A DNA stretch of 64,000 nucleotides from contig OZ024740.1 of assembly GCA_964016885.1 (NCBI GenBank), positions 335,296,001-335,360,000 of the forward strand, given 5' to 3'. The stretch is from Eledone cirrhosa (taxonomy: Eukaryota). The notes under the pieces are model-generated. The model ran no database searches, was not told where the DNA came from, and was given only the letters and a program-made list of their open reading frames with translations. Below, one piece after another: positions 1 through 12,769 of the stretch (its first letter is position 1; each line of letters opens with the position of its first letter). A program made the position numbers and the translations under genes.

Positions 1-48
1 TCATCGATAACAAACATTCATCTTTTCACTTTAAATCATAATCGAGTC

Positions 49-304
49 AGACGGTGCTGCTAAACCTACGCCAGTCACATACGATCGTGGATGACTTGAT
101 AGCGTGTACAAAGCTTTCGCTGTTTTTTCAGTGCCTCACCCTCGTACACACGGCTGGTATGTTCTTTATCTAGCACGAAACGATTAAAAGTAAAGTAGAT
201 ATCGGAGGATTGTGAACGCAGAGCGCACCCAGCCAGAGCAACGCATCCTAGGCCACGATCTAACAATTCTACCAATTTGACCAGCATAAAGACGGTGCTG
301 CTAA
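49..304. repeat. 226-bp CpG-rich segment flanked by 15-bp perfect direct repeats (possible insertion with target-site duplication, TSD)
   Basis: AGACGGTGCTGCTAA at 49-63 and 290-304; interior is visibly more GC/CpG-rich than the flanks. Confidence 0.55.
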
Positions 305-1197
305 TAAGTGTACGTGATTTGTACTGTATTGTAACAGGACCTTATTGATTTAAAAGAAGTTAGCGTTTTAGTTGACTAAAAAAATACTAATATTAGTGAC
401 ACAACATTAAACCGAAACCTTTTAAAAACCATTTGAAATATGTTACATTCTTTTATTTCTAATTAATATCTTACTGTAAGGAATACGTGCAGTGACATGA
501 CAATGGTCAGCGTCTCAGATATGCGTTGGGGGAAGAGAAGAGGTTATACGCAAACAGGAGGCATGGTACTAATACTTTCCATAAAGTTGACTCTGCTAAG
601 GGCAACCTGGTTCATGTGATGGTCATAAACCGGTGAGCTTTACTGTTAGATTCGAATTCTCTTGGTAATTTAAGGTTATTTGCTTTTCATATATGTACCA
701 ATCTGATCTAGACCCTGATATAAACTCTCAGCTAACCTTTTTCAGTACCATAGATCGATTACTGATGGAACCTGTTTCATTTCGCACATAATATCAATAT
801 TTCTCTATTACATTTAAAATATCTAGACATTTGCATAACCATTTATTTGCTTTGCATTTTCTTTCGTTCCATACATTCCTTTGCTTGTAAGTATTTAATG
901 TAGATCTTACTATATGAATCGAGTATAGCATGGGCTTGAATTGACAATAGCTTAAATATTCAAAGTTGTATGTTGAAACAAACAGTTATTCAATATAATT
1001 TGTTTTGTTTTTTTGTTTTTTTTTTGTTTTTTAGATCTGACATGTTCTAACTATACAAATGATATATAGTTATATTCAAATGCTAAAAAAGAACTACGAT
1101 ATCAAATCCTAATTAATTTAGCCTCAGTAAGAAATTAATGAGGGTTTTTTTATTATTATTTTTTATTATTATTTACTATTTAGCATTATTGATGTAC

Positions 1198-1290
1198 AAG
1201 CATGGTTGTTTCGTTAAGAACTTGGGTCCCCTACTACGTAGTTCGGATTTGTTCCTACTCTACGGTACCTTGATCAAGTGTCATCTACCG
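1198..1290 (+). mobile_element. Degenerate tRNA/CORE-type SINE fragment
   Basis: Decayed tRNA-like head followed by GGTACCTTGATCAAGTGTCATCTAC (CCTTGGGCAAG-like CORE motif); similar to 52780-52900. Confidence 0.45.
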
Positions 1291-2925
1291 CAATGTAATT
1301 AGTTTTTATAGGTCATCGCAATATTAATTGAAATCAAATGCAGACATGATATTTTACTGATTTTTATAAATATATAGAGTACTTTATAATTTCTTTCAAA
1401 ACAAGACTTTTAAATGTCTTGTATTGCTTTTAGGTAAACACATTTTATATTTAAAGCATAGAAAGATACATTATGAATTCCTTTCATTTCGACGTTTATG
1501 CAATGCTATATCAGATACTGTATAAAAGGAAAATGAGACTAAGAGTGATAGAATTCTAGAACGTATAAATTGCACCACATATACAATCTCAGCTACGATA
1601 ATTTGAAGTTGAAAATGATGAACCGTTTAAAAAGCTATTAGATTTCGAAGATGATATCCCAGAGCGAAAATCAGTAAAAATGTGGCTTATTGTAACAAAA
1701 CTAGAAGAGGATTAAGAACATGACATGATATTTGGTTACAGACCTTCATTAAATGTAGTTTAGCTATAATATTTCAGAAAAAATCACCAAATGTTGTTTA
1801 CCCTCTCTAATTCGATGTAGAATTTGCTTCCGACTTTTTGGAATTGAGAATATTTTGAAATTGCTGACATTCATCGGTTGGATAGATTCAGATATTGTAA
1901 CTATGACTCTGTTTTCGATATAGCATTCGGACAATTCTAGCTGTATTTTCAAGAAGGTATCGCTTGATACAATATTTCGAATGCATTCTAAGTATCAACT
2001 TTCTATATATGGTGGTCGATTAGCTTTAAAGAGTCATTTTCTGTTGAAAATTATCTCGTTTCTAAAAGAAGTAAAAATATTGTATTCCTTTATCTCAGCT
2101 ACATTTCCCCAGTTACAATGCAATAGCAATATATACATTTTTTATGATTCTGACCAAGCAAAAATCTATAAATAAAGGGCATGTGTTTGCATATTTTTCA
2201 TAATCTATTATATCCATACAGAATTAGGTAGGACTAAACAATTTTTTCCATAATTCTAGCCACATATTAACATTTGCAAACAGCAATCTTTCCAATATAC
2301 CTAGAATTAAAATCCTTTAATGCATTTATTTTCATCAGATTCACATGATAAATGAACACGAATAATCTAAAAAGTATTTTCTCACTCAAAAATAAACATA
2401 TCTTGAGTCTTTACTAAATCTTTAATGGAAAGCAGGAATCCAAATGTTATAGCATTAATGCCACATTTTACCTGATATTTGTTATATTCTTATTCTATTT
2501 TTGAACCATGCCATTATCTTATTCCTTTTCTTTTTATTGAAAACAAATATGGTTTACCGTAGCTTTACAGAAAATAACAAACGGCTTGGCAAATATTTGT
2601 ATCATGTTGTTACACACAAAAGCACAAACACACAGCACATATACATACGTACACATAAAACCATACACGCAAAGATGCATACAAATCTAAATGTGAAAGC
2701 CATTTAAACATTTCTTTTAATTTACTTTTGAAAAACATGTCTTCATGAAGAAAAGAAAAAACCTTTTGTTGCAGAGTATATTATCAGATCTTGGAATCGA
2801 AAGGGAATTAAGAAAATTAGAATAATTCTCGGCTAGCATTATGAGTAACACGTATAGAATAACGAGTATAACCACATTACATACACATGTAGCTTCTTAG
2901 ATGATGGTTACATTGTGATAAGTTC

Positions 2926-3058
2926 GAGAAATTAATAATTGTTTCTACTTTTGGCACAAGGCCAGCAAATACCCAGTTCATTACTGGTACTTTATTTTAT
3001 CGACCTCGTAAGGATGAAAGGCAAAGTTAACCTCGGCGGGATTTGAGAAATTAATAAT
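2926..3058 (-). mobile_element. 5'-truncated tRNA-derived Nin/Deu-domain SINE with 14-bp TSD
   Basis: Reverse complement of ...CCTTTCATCCTTACG(A/G)GGTCGATAAAATAAAGTACCAG...CCTTGTGCCAAAAGTAGAAACAATT; TSD GAGAAATTAATAAT at 2926-2939 and 3045-3058. Confidence 0.85.
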
Positions 3059-3458
3059 AGCAGCATAACACCCTACATTCAGTAGTCTAAAACATTTATG
3101 GTTTAAAATGTTTATTTCTCGAGTTGCTGAATATGTACCAATTAGGAAGCAGTTTTGCTAATATTAATCCATTGAGTCTTCGTTAGAAATCAGTAAATGA
3201 CGAACTAGCTTTGCCAAAGATGGTAACAGGCTCTGGTGACACTCAAATGTAGGGGACATTTGAAATTACTCATTAAATATATTTTTGGGAAACCACTGTT
3301 GAATACATACAGATGTAAAATCCGTCCGCAGTTCTTGTTTGTTTACCTAGCCATTTATCTTTATATCCACTCTGCATCTTTCCATGCATTGAGTACTCCT
3401 ATTGTTTGTGGTCTCCTCAGCCACAGCACCGCAGACCCTATACATACATATATATATA

Positions 3459-3738
3459 AGATTCCCGATGTGTATCGGGATATGACCACATTTAAAAAGG
3501 TACTCTATACTTTAGAGTATTGACATTTTTATTTTATTAGAGAAATGATGATTTCTTAGGAATGAAATAGTTCTAGTCTTGTAGATGGCATTTCTAGAAG
3601 AAACATATATATACATATATATTTATATTATAAAAATGCATTCTGTAAGACTGGAACTATTTCATTCGTAAGATATCATCATTTGGATGGAAGTAGGTGT
3701 TTAAACGGCAGGATCTCAGCCGTCCTGGTCCTGACCCA

Positions 3739-3742
<4 letters not shown>
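3459..3742. mobile_element. Degenerate relative of the family B hammerhead fold-back element
   Basis: Inverted pair ~3543-3593 / ~3634-3684 of (A)TGATGATTTCTTAGGAATGAAATAGTTCTAGTCTTGTAGA, matching the 6302-6352 HHR with a mutated core; GTACTCTATA motif at 3500; TA flanks. Confidence 0.55.
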
Positions 3743-3785
<43 letters not shown>

Positions 3786-3798
3786 GTATCTACATATG

Positions 3799-3856
<58 letters not shown>

Positions 3857-3863
3857 TATATAT

Positions 3864-3922
<59 letters not shown>

Positions 3923-4914
3923 ATGTATGTATCTTAGATAAAACACTACCATTTTCAAATACATATATAAATATCGAATAATATATTCCTAGCTTCAAAC
4001 ACAATTTAAAAAATTGAAAGAACACGAGTCATACTTATAACGCCTTTGATCACATGAGTGCTTGATCAGAACTGAAGTAAATTGAACTACTTTATGAAGC
4101 AATTTATAAAAACATTTCATTGAATCTTAAAATATTTCTAAAAATATAACATATTAATTAACACTAATGAGGTGTAAGATTATCTGAATTTAGCGCTCAT
4201 CGGTCTACTTGACCCTATATTAAGGCTGCAGATATCATCACTTGGTACATCATTAAGTGGAGCCAACACGTCTACTGCGTTTTGTTTACATATGTTAATA
4301 ATATAAATTGTTTGTGTCTGTTGACCTGAAGGTCAGTGAGGAGAAAATGGTTCGATAATAATCTCAGAAATAATCAGGTGTAAAGAATTTTTGCAGATAA
4401 CCTCAACAATTGCGGTAGAAAAAAATGTACGTGTGTGTGAATATCTGTGTATGAGTGTGCGTAGTTATGCATTTATATCAGTCTGTTTATATGTATAAAA
4501 TAGGGCTCCAACCACCCAATGTCAGCAGCTGGGACACTACAAGCCTCTCCAGCTAACCAAATTGCTTAGAATGGAAGAAATAGAGTTTGTATGTATCGTT
4601 TAATTGTTCTTCGCATCCCGTTTTCACCCCGACTATTTACATCACCAACTTTACACCAACTGTCTTTACTACACCACCGATTTCAAACAACTCCCTACAT
4701 TTGAAACTCAACCGTTTAAAAGAGTCTACCTCCAGTAAAACACAGAAAAAACCTGTGCACCATGATTCAAATCGGTCAAGTGATCCATTTGCTTCGTTTG
4801 TAGAACTGGGGAACAGTGATCGAATCCGAGTGATAGCATTTTGGGCTGATGATTGATTTTACAAATTTATTCACAATATATATATTTATATACATCTATT
4901 AAAAAGAACAATTT

Positions 4915-4945
<31 letters not shown>

Positions 4946-5319
4946 GGTAAGTTATTCCGGGTTGAATCAGAGGTAACCACAGTAAGTAAGGTACTCAATA
5001 CATAGCAGACTATAAAAGTTTTAATATAGAAGAGATTCTACACGACTAGAACTGTTTCATTCGTGAGAAATCATCAGGAATCTGGCTGTCCAAGTAAATA
5101 TGGTGCTATTTATATCTCTTCTGGTGGTAGGAGAGGGATGGGTGTAGGTCATTGGTTGAAAGAAAAGGGAATTCATTAAAAGCTAATACTTTAAAGCTAT
5201 AATTTATATTTAGAGTGACACAGGCAGAAAGAATTCTATAAACAAGTTCAAATTATAGGTGCCTCTCCTTATTGTCAAGTTTCTCTTAAGCTAATTTCAG
5301 GTGTCACAAGCACATTCAC

Positions 5320-5383
<64 letters not shown>

Positions 5384-5390
5384 CTATATA

Positions 5391-5475
<85 letters not shown>

Positions 5476-5478
<3 letters not shown>

Positions 5479-5814
5479 GATAAATCTACCAAGAGTTTAC
5501 GGTAGTGTCCAATCCGTATGAAGAACTCAATGTATTCCGGATATCATGGAAAGAAGAGATGTAATGAAAATCCAATTTCGGTGAAAGATAAACGGTATAC
5601 AGAGTCAAGATAAAATATTAAACAAATAATGAACAAACAATTCCTTATATTAAACAAAAAAAGTTCACTATTTAACGATCGTTTCTAGGGCATATATGTG
5701 TTATAATTGGTATGCATATTTAACAGATCTATGTACAAAATTATACAAAATTATACAAATTATCAAGATTAAATATACATACCTAACTCATATATACGCC
5801 GTCTTCAGACGGCG

Positions 5815-5820
<6 letters not shown>
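5476..5820 (-). mobile_element. Family C hammerhead element (truncated, ending in a short hairpin)
   Basis: Homologous to 33165-33621; - strand reads CTGAAGA...~125 nt...GAAA-CGATCG-TT; terminal hairpin TATATACGCCGTC-TTCA-GACGGCGTATATA at ~5791-5820; (TA)n on both sides. Confidence 0.75.
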
Positions 5821-5896
<76 letters not shown>

Positions 5897-6301
5897 TGTA
5901 GACACCTGAAATATAGCTTACGAGAAGCTTGGCAATAAGGAGAGGCACCTATAATTTGTACTTGTTTATAGAATTCTTTCTGCCTTTGTCAGAATTAGCT
6001 TTAAATAATTTCCCTTTCTTTAAACCCATCAACCATGACTGACCTCCAACCATGTTATAGGCACCTGAATTATAGGCTTGTTAGCTTAAGAGAAACTTAA
6101 AAATAAGGAGTGGCATTCCAATTTGAACTTATTTATAGAATTATTTCTGCCTTTGTCACTCTAAATATAAATTATAGCTTTAAAGAATTAGCTTTTAATG
6201 AATTCCCTTTTCTTTCAACCAATGACCTCCACCCATCTCACTCACCACCCTCTCCTACCACCAGAAAATATATAAATACCACCATATTTACTTGGACAGT
6301 C

Positions 6302-6352
6302 AGATTCCTGATGAGTTCTCACGAATGAAACAGTTCTAGTCCTGTAGAATCT
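6302..6352 (+). ncRNA. Type I hammerhead ribozyme (canonical core)
   Basis: AGATTC-CTGATGA-GTTC(TCAC)GAAT-GAAA-CAG(TTCTAGTC)CTG-TA-GAATCT: helices I, II and III all pair, GUA cleavage triplet; less perfect copy on the - strand at 5033-5083. Confidence 0.85.
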
Positions 6353-6429
6353 CTTCTATATTAAAACTATATATATATTCTGATTCTTGTTTCATAATCA
6401 AATTAATTGATTACTCCAAAGAAAACTGA

Positions 6430-8200
6430 ATAACGCAAATATCATCCTTCACTAACAAAGAGTGAAAAAATAGAAATGTTGTTTGGTGACTGTACAAACA
6501 GAACTAAATACAAGATGATCACCCTGAGTGAAAAATGTCGATACCAAACATCAGGCCATAGACACTTGAAGGGAAAAGCAATAAATGTCACTGAGGTTCC
6601 ATTCCAGGCTTCTGGAGGAAAATATGGGGCAAGGAAAAGAAATTCCACAAATATGCTGTGTGGTTAAAAGAGATCCAAACAAGATATTGCCTCTGCATTT
6701 CAACAAAAAAAATACAGCATCAATGATGATACAGTTGAGACAGTGATAGGAAAACTCCAGTATAAGAAAACACCTGTAAGAGACTTGATTATCAGCTACT
6801 GGTACAAAACCTGACTTTTTCTCGGATGTAGCTTATCAATCTCCTCGAGCAAGCTCTCAAAGAAGATGCACGTATACCAGGGTGGCTGACATTAGGAAAC
6901 ACAATATTGGTTCCCAAGAAAAAAAGACGGACGCACTGCATGCCTAATGTATAAAATGTATAGAGCCTGCCAGAACTTATTTCTCCAAGAGCACTGTAAC
7001 AATAATAATATCATCACCGATGAGAAAGCAACTGGGAAGAGATGAGTTTAGCCCACAATTGTCTTGTGCCTGTTCTGAGATTAATATTTTGAATAATTGA
7101 TTAGACGTTAGATAACATATAAAATTAGGGCCATCGATTTCAAAATACGGAAAATCCTAACCAGCACCGGAAATTTCACCATCAACAGTGTCATTGAACG
7201 CGTCAATCTGAAACGTAATCGGGGGACAAAGGCTTAACATAAGTCAGGACAGCATTTGTGTATCGTATGATATTCCTTCGACAGCTTCTACGAACCAGCA
7301 AGCGTAGGACCCCATCAATTGAACATGTATGTCTACATTAGACAGATGACATCATGAGAGTTGGAAAGGAGCTACTTAAGAAATACTTCCTGCATGGTAA
7401 CCAAACATTCACACGCAGTGAAATTGCACAGCAATACTGCAATGTAGCCATGAAGGAAACATGCATGATTCTCAGTAAAAACCTATACATGGCTATGTTG
7501 CCGGAAGCTCGAAATTTCTCTAACCAGGTACAATAACCGGTATATTGGCTCTTACGTAGAAGGTTATGCTTTTGCAATCTAAGAAAAGAAATTAACTACA
7601 AAATACCTGATTCACGAAAGTGATAGGGATGCAGACAAAACACCTAGATGGAAAATAGACGCGGAAGTAACATTAAAGATGTCACACGTATCATAAGCAG
7701 CTGTCCAAAGTTATCATGGCACTATCTACCTATGAGGCATGATGAAGTGACCAAAATACTATACAATGCAATCCATAGAAAACTTAGCCCCACAAATAAA
7801 CACATAAAACGCTACAACAATGTGGAGGACATATACATACATAATATGAAAGTATAAAGGTGGAATCATCCAGTCAAAACCCCAATGAAATTAAAACATA
7901 ACAAACCAGACATAGTGATGTGGGACAGTGAAAACAAGGCATGGACAATAGTGAAAGTGAGCTGCGCAGCAGATGTCAATACAATGCTAAAGATCAGTGA
8001 AAAGAAGAATATTTATCCTGAACAAATGAGGAATCTGCAGATACTCCACCCTCGCAATACCTTTAGATTTGCACCAGTAATCATTCGGGCTGTTGCATAC
8101 GTTACTAACTGACTCAGTACAAATTCTGAGAGACTGGGCTTCATAGAACAAGAAGAACGACTAATTAGGAAACGCAAGTAAAAGCATAAAAAGCATTTAA
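6430..8200 (+). mobile_element. Decayed R4/Dong-type (RLE) non-LTR retrotransposon, most of the RT deleted
   Basis: Frameshifted motifs: PGWLTLGNTILVPKK (~6877-6921), zinc-knuckle/RHD region 'DVTRIISSCPKLSWHYLPMRHDEV' (ORF 7648-7857), and PD-(D/E)xK endonuclease 'HNKPDIVMWD...IVKVSCAADVN...EKKNIY' (ORF 7885-8112). Confidence 0.8.
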
Positions 8201-9236
8201 GAAATTCTGCATGTAATAGATAGTCCAAATTCTGCATGTAATAGATAACCCAAAACATGCAGATCCTCACATACAATAACATCCATACCTGCGTGCACGC
8301 ACATACACACACACACACGCACAAACTCACAAACAAATAGAGACATACATGCGTATTTACGCATTTTATGTTGTCTAAATTAAAATGAAAGGGTCTTGTG
8401 TCTATGTTAGAAACCGACTCTCTATTGGTGAAAATGTATAAAACAATAAAACCAGAAGAACATACATATAAAAGTGTATAAATATATATATGTATATATG
8501 TGCCTGTGGGCATGCAAGAGTTTATGAATGTATACGTACATATTCCACTTATGGTATGCTTTGGCCACTTATAGGAATAATATTGACACAAGAATATAAC
8601 AAATGTGCGCATGTGCTTATATAACGACACAAAAATAACGTAAACTTAATCAAACAAAGACACGTACAAACATATATAAGTACGTATATATATGCATACA
8701 CATGTACGTAAGTACTTCGACGAAGTATAACGGCCGCTATCGTAAATATCAATTAACAACGGCTGTTCATATAGGTTCATATGGCGGAAGTGAGGGTGGG
8801 GGTTAAACCCATCAAAAACACTGATTACAAAAGAACATAAAACTGTTGCTTGATGCGATTCAATAGTTTTCATTTTGACAGGAGATTGCTTTTAATGAAC
8901 GTGAAGAAGACAACTTCAATAGAACTAGCAACCAGCATTATGCAGAATTTTAATTCAGTTATTGCTTGTGTTTTATTTGATAACTGTGTTCACTGTACAA
9001 TTGTAGACAAGGGGCGAGGTGGCGTCTGTGCTTAAGTATGTTTCAACTGGCTTATATTTACAGTGTTCTTTTTACACAAGATCTTTCAATGGGCCGCTAT
9101 TTTTACGGTACAACATATGACGTATGAAGGCAAAATAACATATATAGATATATAAATGATATTTCCACACACACAAACACGTGTGTGTAAGCATATATAT
9201 ATTTATTTATACACACACACACACACATATATATAT

Positions 9237-9282
<46 letters not shown>

Positions 9283-9953
9283 AAACATGGCTGTCAAGTG
9301 AAACCATCTTGAGATTTGTTTTGGAAACGGTAATTTGATATGTTTATCCTTACCCCTCTACCTCGGTATTTATCAAATGGGCGGTGGTCGATCAGTGGTC
9401 GGAGAGCATTTATCGATAGCTATCTCCCTATTTAGATATCTGACTGTTTATCAAGAAATCTATCCGTCTATCTACATAACTGTCTATTTACCTAAATATC
9501 TGCAAGTATCTAAATATCGGTATGCATGTATGTATGTATGTATGTATGTATGTATGTATGTATGTATGTATGTATGTATGTATGTATGTATGTATGTATA
9601 CACACATTTAATACAGGAAGGGTTGAAGCTACTCTACCTAAACCTAGCACCATCACGCTTGCGAGAAAGACACACACCTCTGGGCATGCGAATAAACGCA
9701 ATACGCAAGGTGGGTCTAGTTGTGATGCAAATCACCCCGGCCTCAGCGTCTTCAACCACATAACACCGACTGGGATAGACAGTGGAATACTCTAACATGG
9801 AAACCCCGTTCCGGGCCACCATCACCCCACCGGCAGGGACAGAACAGAAACCATAACGCACAACGGGCCTGCAGCAGTGCTGCAGGCCGTAAGATCCCAA
9901 CAACTCCTCAACGGCCTAGTGTGTACTCAACCCACTCACATAGGACTAGGCTT

Positions 9954-10375
9954 AGAAAAATAGCATAGTTCGTGGGTCTGCAGACCAGCCTGGCCCGCTC
10001 ATTCTCTAGGGCATTGGATAAATGCTTCCCGAGGACCCACAGGTACCACAATATATTTAATAGGTACAGGGTGAAGCTCTCATACCCCACCACGTGCAGC
10101 GTAGCCCAGCACATAGCTAGTATCAATAGAAATAGACTTAGGACATTTAGACAGTCAACAGCTGATCCTATAGATACCCAGCAGAGCCATGACAATGTAA
10201 ACAGTGAACCCGGGACCGAGGCGAGTAATACCAACCAGCCCAAGGACACCGTGCAAATCACAGGGAGGGACCACCCCAATCTACCCAATAGGTACCCCAC
10301 AGTAAGCATGCATGGTTTGACTTCTTCATGCAAATGAAAAAAACCCCGTCTAATGCCCCTTAGAAGGACAAGCTA
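9954..10375 (+). pseudogene. Remnant of a Penelope-like element ORF (RT thumb to Cys-rich linker), resembling C-terminal-endonuclease PLEs such as the Hydra clade
   Basis: RKIA*F...FSRALDKCFPRTHRYHNIFNRYRVKLSYPTTCSVAQHIASIN resembles the recalled PLE motif RKIIWF...IDKHFP..HKIFNRNTVKVSYSC; followed by C-K-stop and, in another frame, CPLEGQ (CxC..CPLxG). Confidence 0.7.
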
Positions 10376-11232
10376 CCTCCAGCCTAATCCCTTTCGCACA
10401 TAAAAGTCTATACTGACTGTGATAAGTAATTAAGACGTACTTATTATTTCTTTTTCCTCCCCTCTAAAGGGCACATATGTGTCTATGTTTGTATGTACAT
10501 ACACACGTATGTGTGTGTATGTGTTTGTGTGTGTATGTGTGTATATATACATGTGTACATAGATATGTTTATGGATGTATGTGTATGTATAGATATGTGT
10601 GTGTGTGTGTTTGTATGCATGTATATATATATATATGTGTGTGTATGTGTGTTTGCGGGTGTGTATTAAATGTTTACAATATGGATTATAATTTATAACA
10701 CATACATTTTAATACTTATAAGTGTTAACACCTAGAGTTATAATTCTAACATCTCTTACTATCAGGAATCTTAATATTAATAATAATTCACATTCCTAGA
10801 TGAATCCTGATAACATACATGAATTCCTCACTAGCAACTACAATACTATCGCAAAATGAGTGGTAGTAGTTGACCTGTTTACACCACTGCCACTAAGGTC
10901 AATTAGGCCACCTAGACCAGAACATCCTATTTTCTAGGTATATACAGTTAATATAGCTGGTTGTTAAAAACAAACCTAGCAGACTGTTCTATTTCAAGGA
11001 CAACTGATCTAAGTAATTCAATAACATGGTACAGGAGTGTTAAGATAGTATCTGACTTTATGAGAGGAAGGTATATTCTTCGGATGCTTGAATTCGTGCA
11101 TTCTAATTCATATGCCACCAGTTCATTGAGAAAACAACACCACACTTTAGGATTGGGCATATCAACGACATAACGGATGTCAACTTTGTCCCACCATTCT
11201 GTTTTCCTATTTTTTTCTGTTCATGTTCTAGC

Positions 11233-11287
11233 TGCCTGATGAGGTCATAGCTGTTGAATAAGGGTTATCACTGAAACATGTATTGCA
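11233..11287 (+). ncRNA. Slightly decayed type I hammerhead downstream of the PLE ORF remnant
   Basis: TGC-CTGATGA-GGTCATAGC...GTTATCACT-GAAA-CATGTA-TT-GCA; helix II pairs with one mismatch. Confidence 0.6.
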
Positions 11288-11680
11288 TCATCACTAAATT
11301 AATCAAACGAAAGTGTTTATCTGTAAAATAAAAAATAAAAAGTAAATCTCCGGTTTATTGCCAGAATACCTACAGCATAGTGGATACCTCATAAATTCTG
11401 TCTCTAAGTACATTTTAGTGGTTACTGTTATCTAGTCGCCACCCCATCACTATATCTAATGTACCCTATAGCAGTTTTCACACGTCAATTCCATACATCT
11501 GTATCATATCAGTTTGTTTAACATACTAGTTTCTCCGCTATACTCTATCTCTTACTTATATTGATGTTATTATTTTAACTATTTGCTATCTAGTTATTTT
11601 ATTTTATCATTGATATTATTGTTCTGTTTAATACCACACCTAGATAAAAACCATGCCTTATGTATCTTCTTAATTTCGCC

Positions 11681-11790
11681 TGCTCTGATGAAAACAACTG
11701 GTTATAAACAAAGTATTGGAGATCGATTGGCGCATAATCAGGCGTATAGCGAACTCTAGACCTACCAGATCAAATAAACAATTGTCAGCA
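11681..11790 (+). ncRNA. Degenerate long-helix-II hammerhead (GAAA mutated to TAAA)
   Basis: TGCT-CTGATGA-~85 nt-TAAA-CAATTG-TC-AGCA; followed by ~225 nt ending at the (TA)n run at 12016. Confidence 0.5.
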
Positions 11791-12037
11791 ATGTGAATAA
11801 AGCCCTTATTGTATAGCGAACCATGTCAATCTTCTTTCTTGAATTATTATTACTCCAAGTATAAACTACATAGAAATCACCGCGAACTCGCAGCATCACT
11901 ATAGAAACGTCTTCTCGAGTCAAACTAAGCCACACGTTAATACTATCCACTACACGAACTACTCCAACTGGACTACATCTAGGTGGACTGCCTATAACGA
12001 TAACCTGTTATCCCGTATATATATATATATATATATA

Positions 12038-12610
12038 TGGTGGCTGCCAACTCATTTTCGAGTACGGCCACTACTTTATATCCATGTAGGAGAACTCCTA
12101 CCGATGCGCTAAACGAGTGCGACATTTTAGTCCAGCCAGCGACTTGAAAACTCTGGTACAAACACTTTACTTGTGACATATACTTGTGACGACAAGTGCA
12201 GAGAGATCTCCAGATATAAAGCAATGCCTGTGCCGTGAAGCTTTTATAGTGAGCAAAGGCACTGCACAAAGCCAGTCCCACTCCCAAGGTGATATTTACC
12301 AAAAAGAACAAGTCAACATCATTGGATACCATCAGGGCTGCAGGTGTTATATCAGAATTTTCCTTCTCCTAGAATTCTGCCTTGACAAAGGCTAATGGGT
12401 CATCTCTCCCGGTGATTTTGGATGACCATTGACTCTTAAGAGCTCCTTTGCCCTTTGACAGGTTTTGTTTTTAGTCCTGCATGATGTCAAAGTCACCCTC
12501 CTCACCAAGAAACCTTGGTAGGGTTGCCAGTTTAGTGGCCAACGACCCGACCATGAGACAGGTTCTACTGGAATACATGTTACCAGTAGCACCAACTGGT
12601 GACCTGACAT
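12038..12610 (-). mobile_element. Non-autonomous RTE-derived element (~575 bp)
   Basis: Near copy at 42263-42860; its 5' end is homologous to 15869-16045, just upstream of the RTE ORF remnant; its 3' end matches fragment 14735-14775, which reads GGCAGCCATCATC on the - strand. Confidence 0.7.
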
Positions 12611-12614
12611 ACCT

Positions 12615-12663
<49 letters not shown>

Positions 12664-12769
12664 TTTTCATCTTTTCAACGGTGTGAGGGAGAATAACAGA
12701 GAGCCAAATAATTAATTACCATTTCCCAAACAAATCTATCACAATTTCAAGAGTGATATATTTTTTTAA

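Larger units (their letters stand above)
4946..6368 (-). mobile_element. Family B: non-autonomous Penelope-like fold-back element with hammerheads, interrupted by microsatellites and a nested family C copy
   Basis: Arm ~5017-5313 is the reverse complement of ~5893-6368 (right arm partly duplicated internally); unpaired tail 4946-5016 abuts (TA)n; HHR in each arm. Confidence 0.8.

Noticed and set aside
518-543. DMRWGKRR resembling an amidated neuropeptide cleavage site
   Set aside because: Single short motif, no signal peptide or repeated peptide, and the frame closes at 616-618; compatible with chance
10329-10337. TGC-AAA-TGA at the CxC position of the PLE remnant, recalling selenocysteine-encoding Naiad PLEs
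   Set aside because: The copy also has an in-frame TAG and a frameshift; a single TGY>TGA change explains it, and no SECIS was recognised
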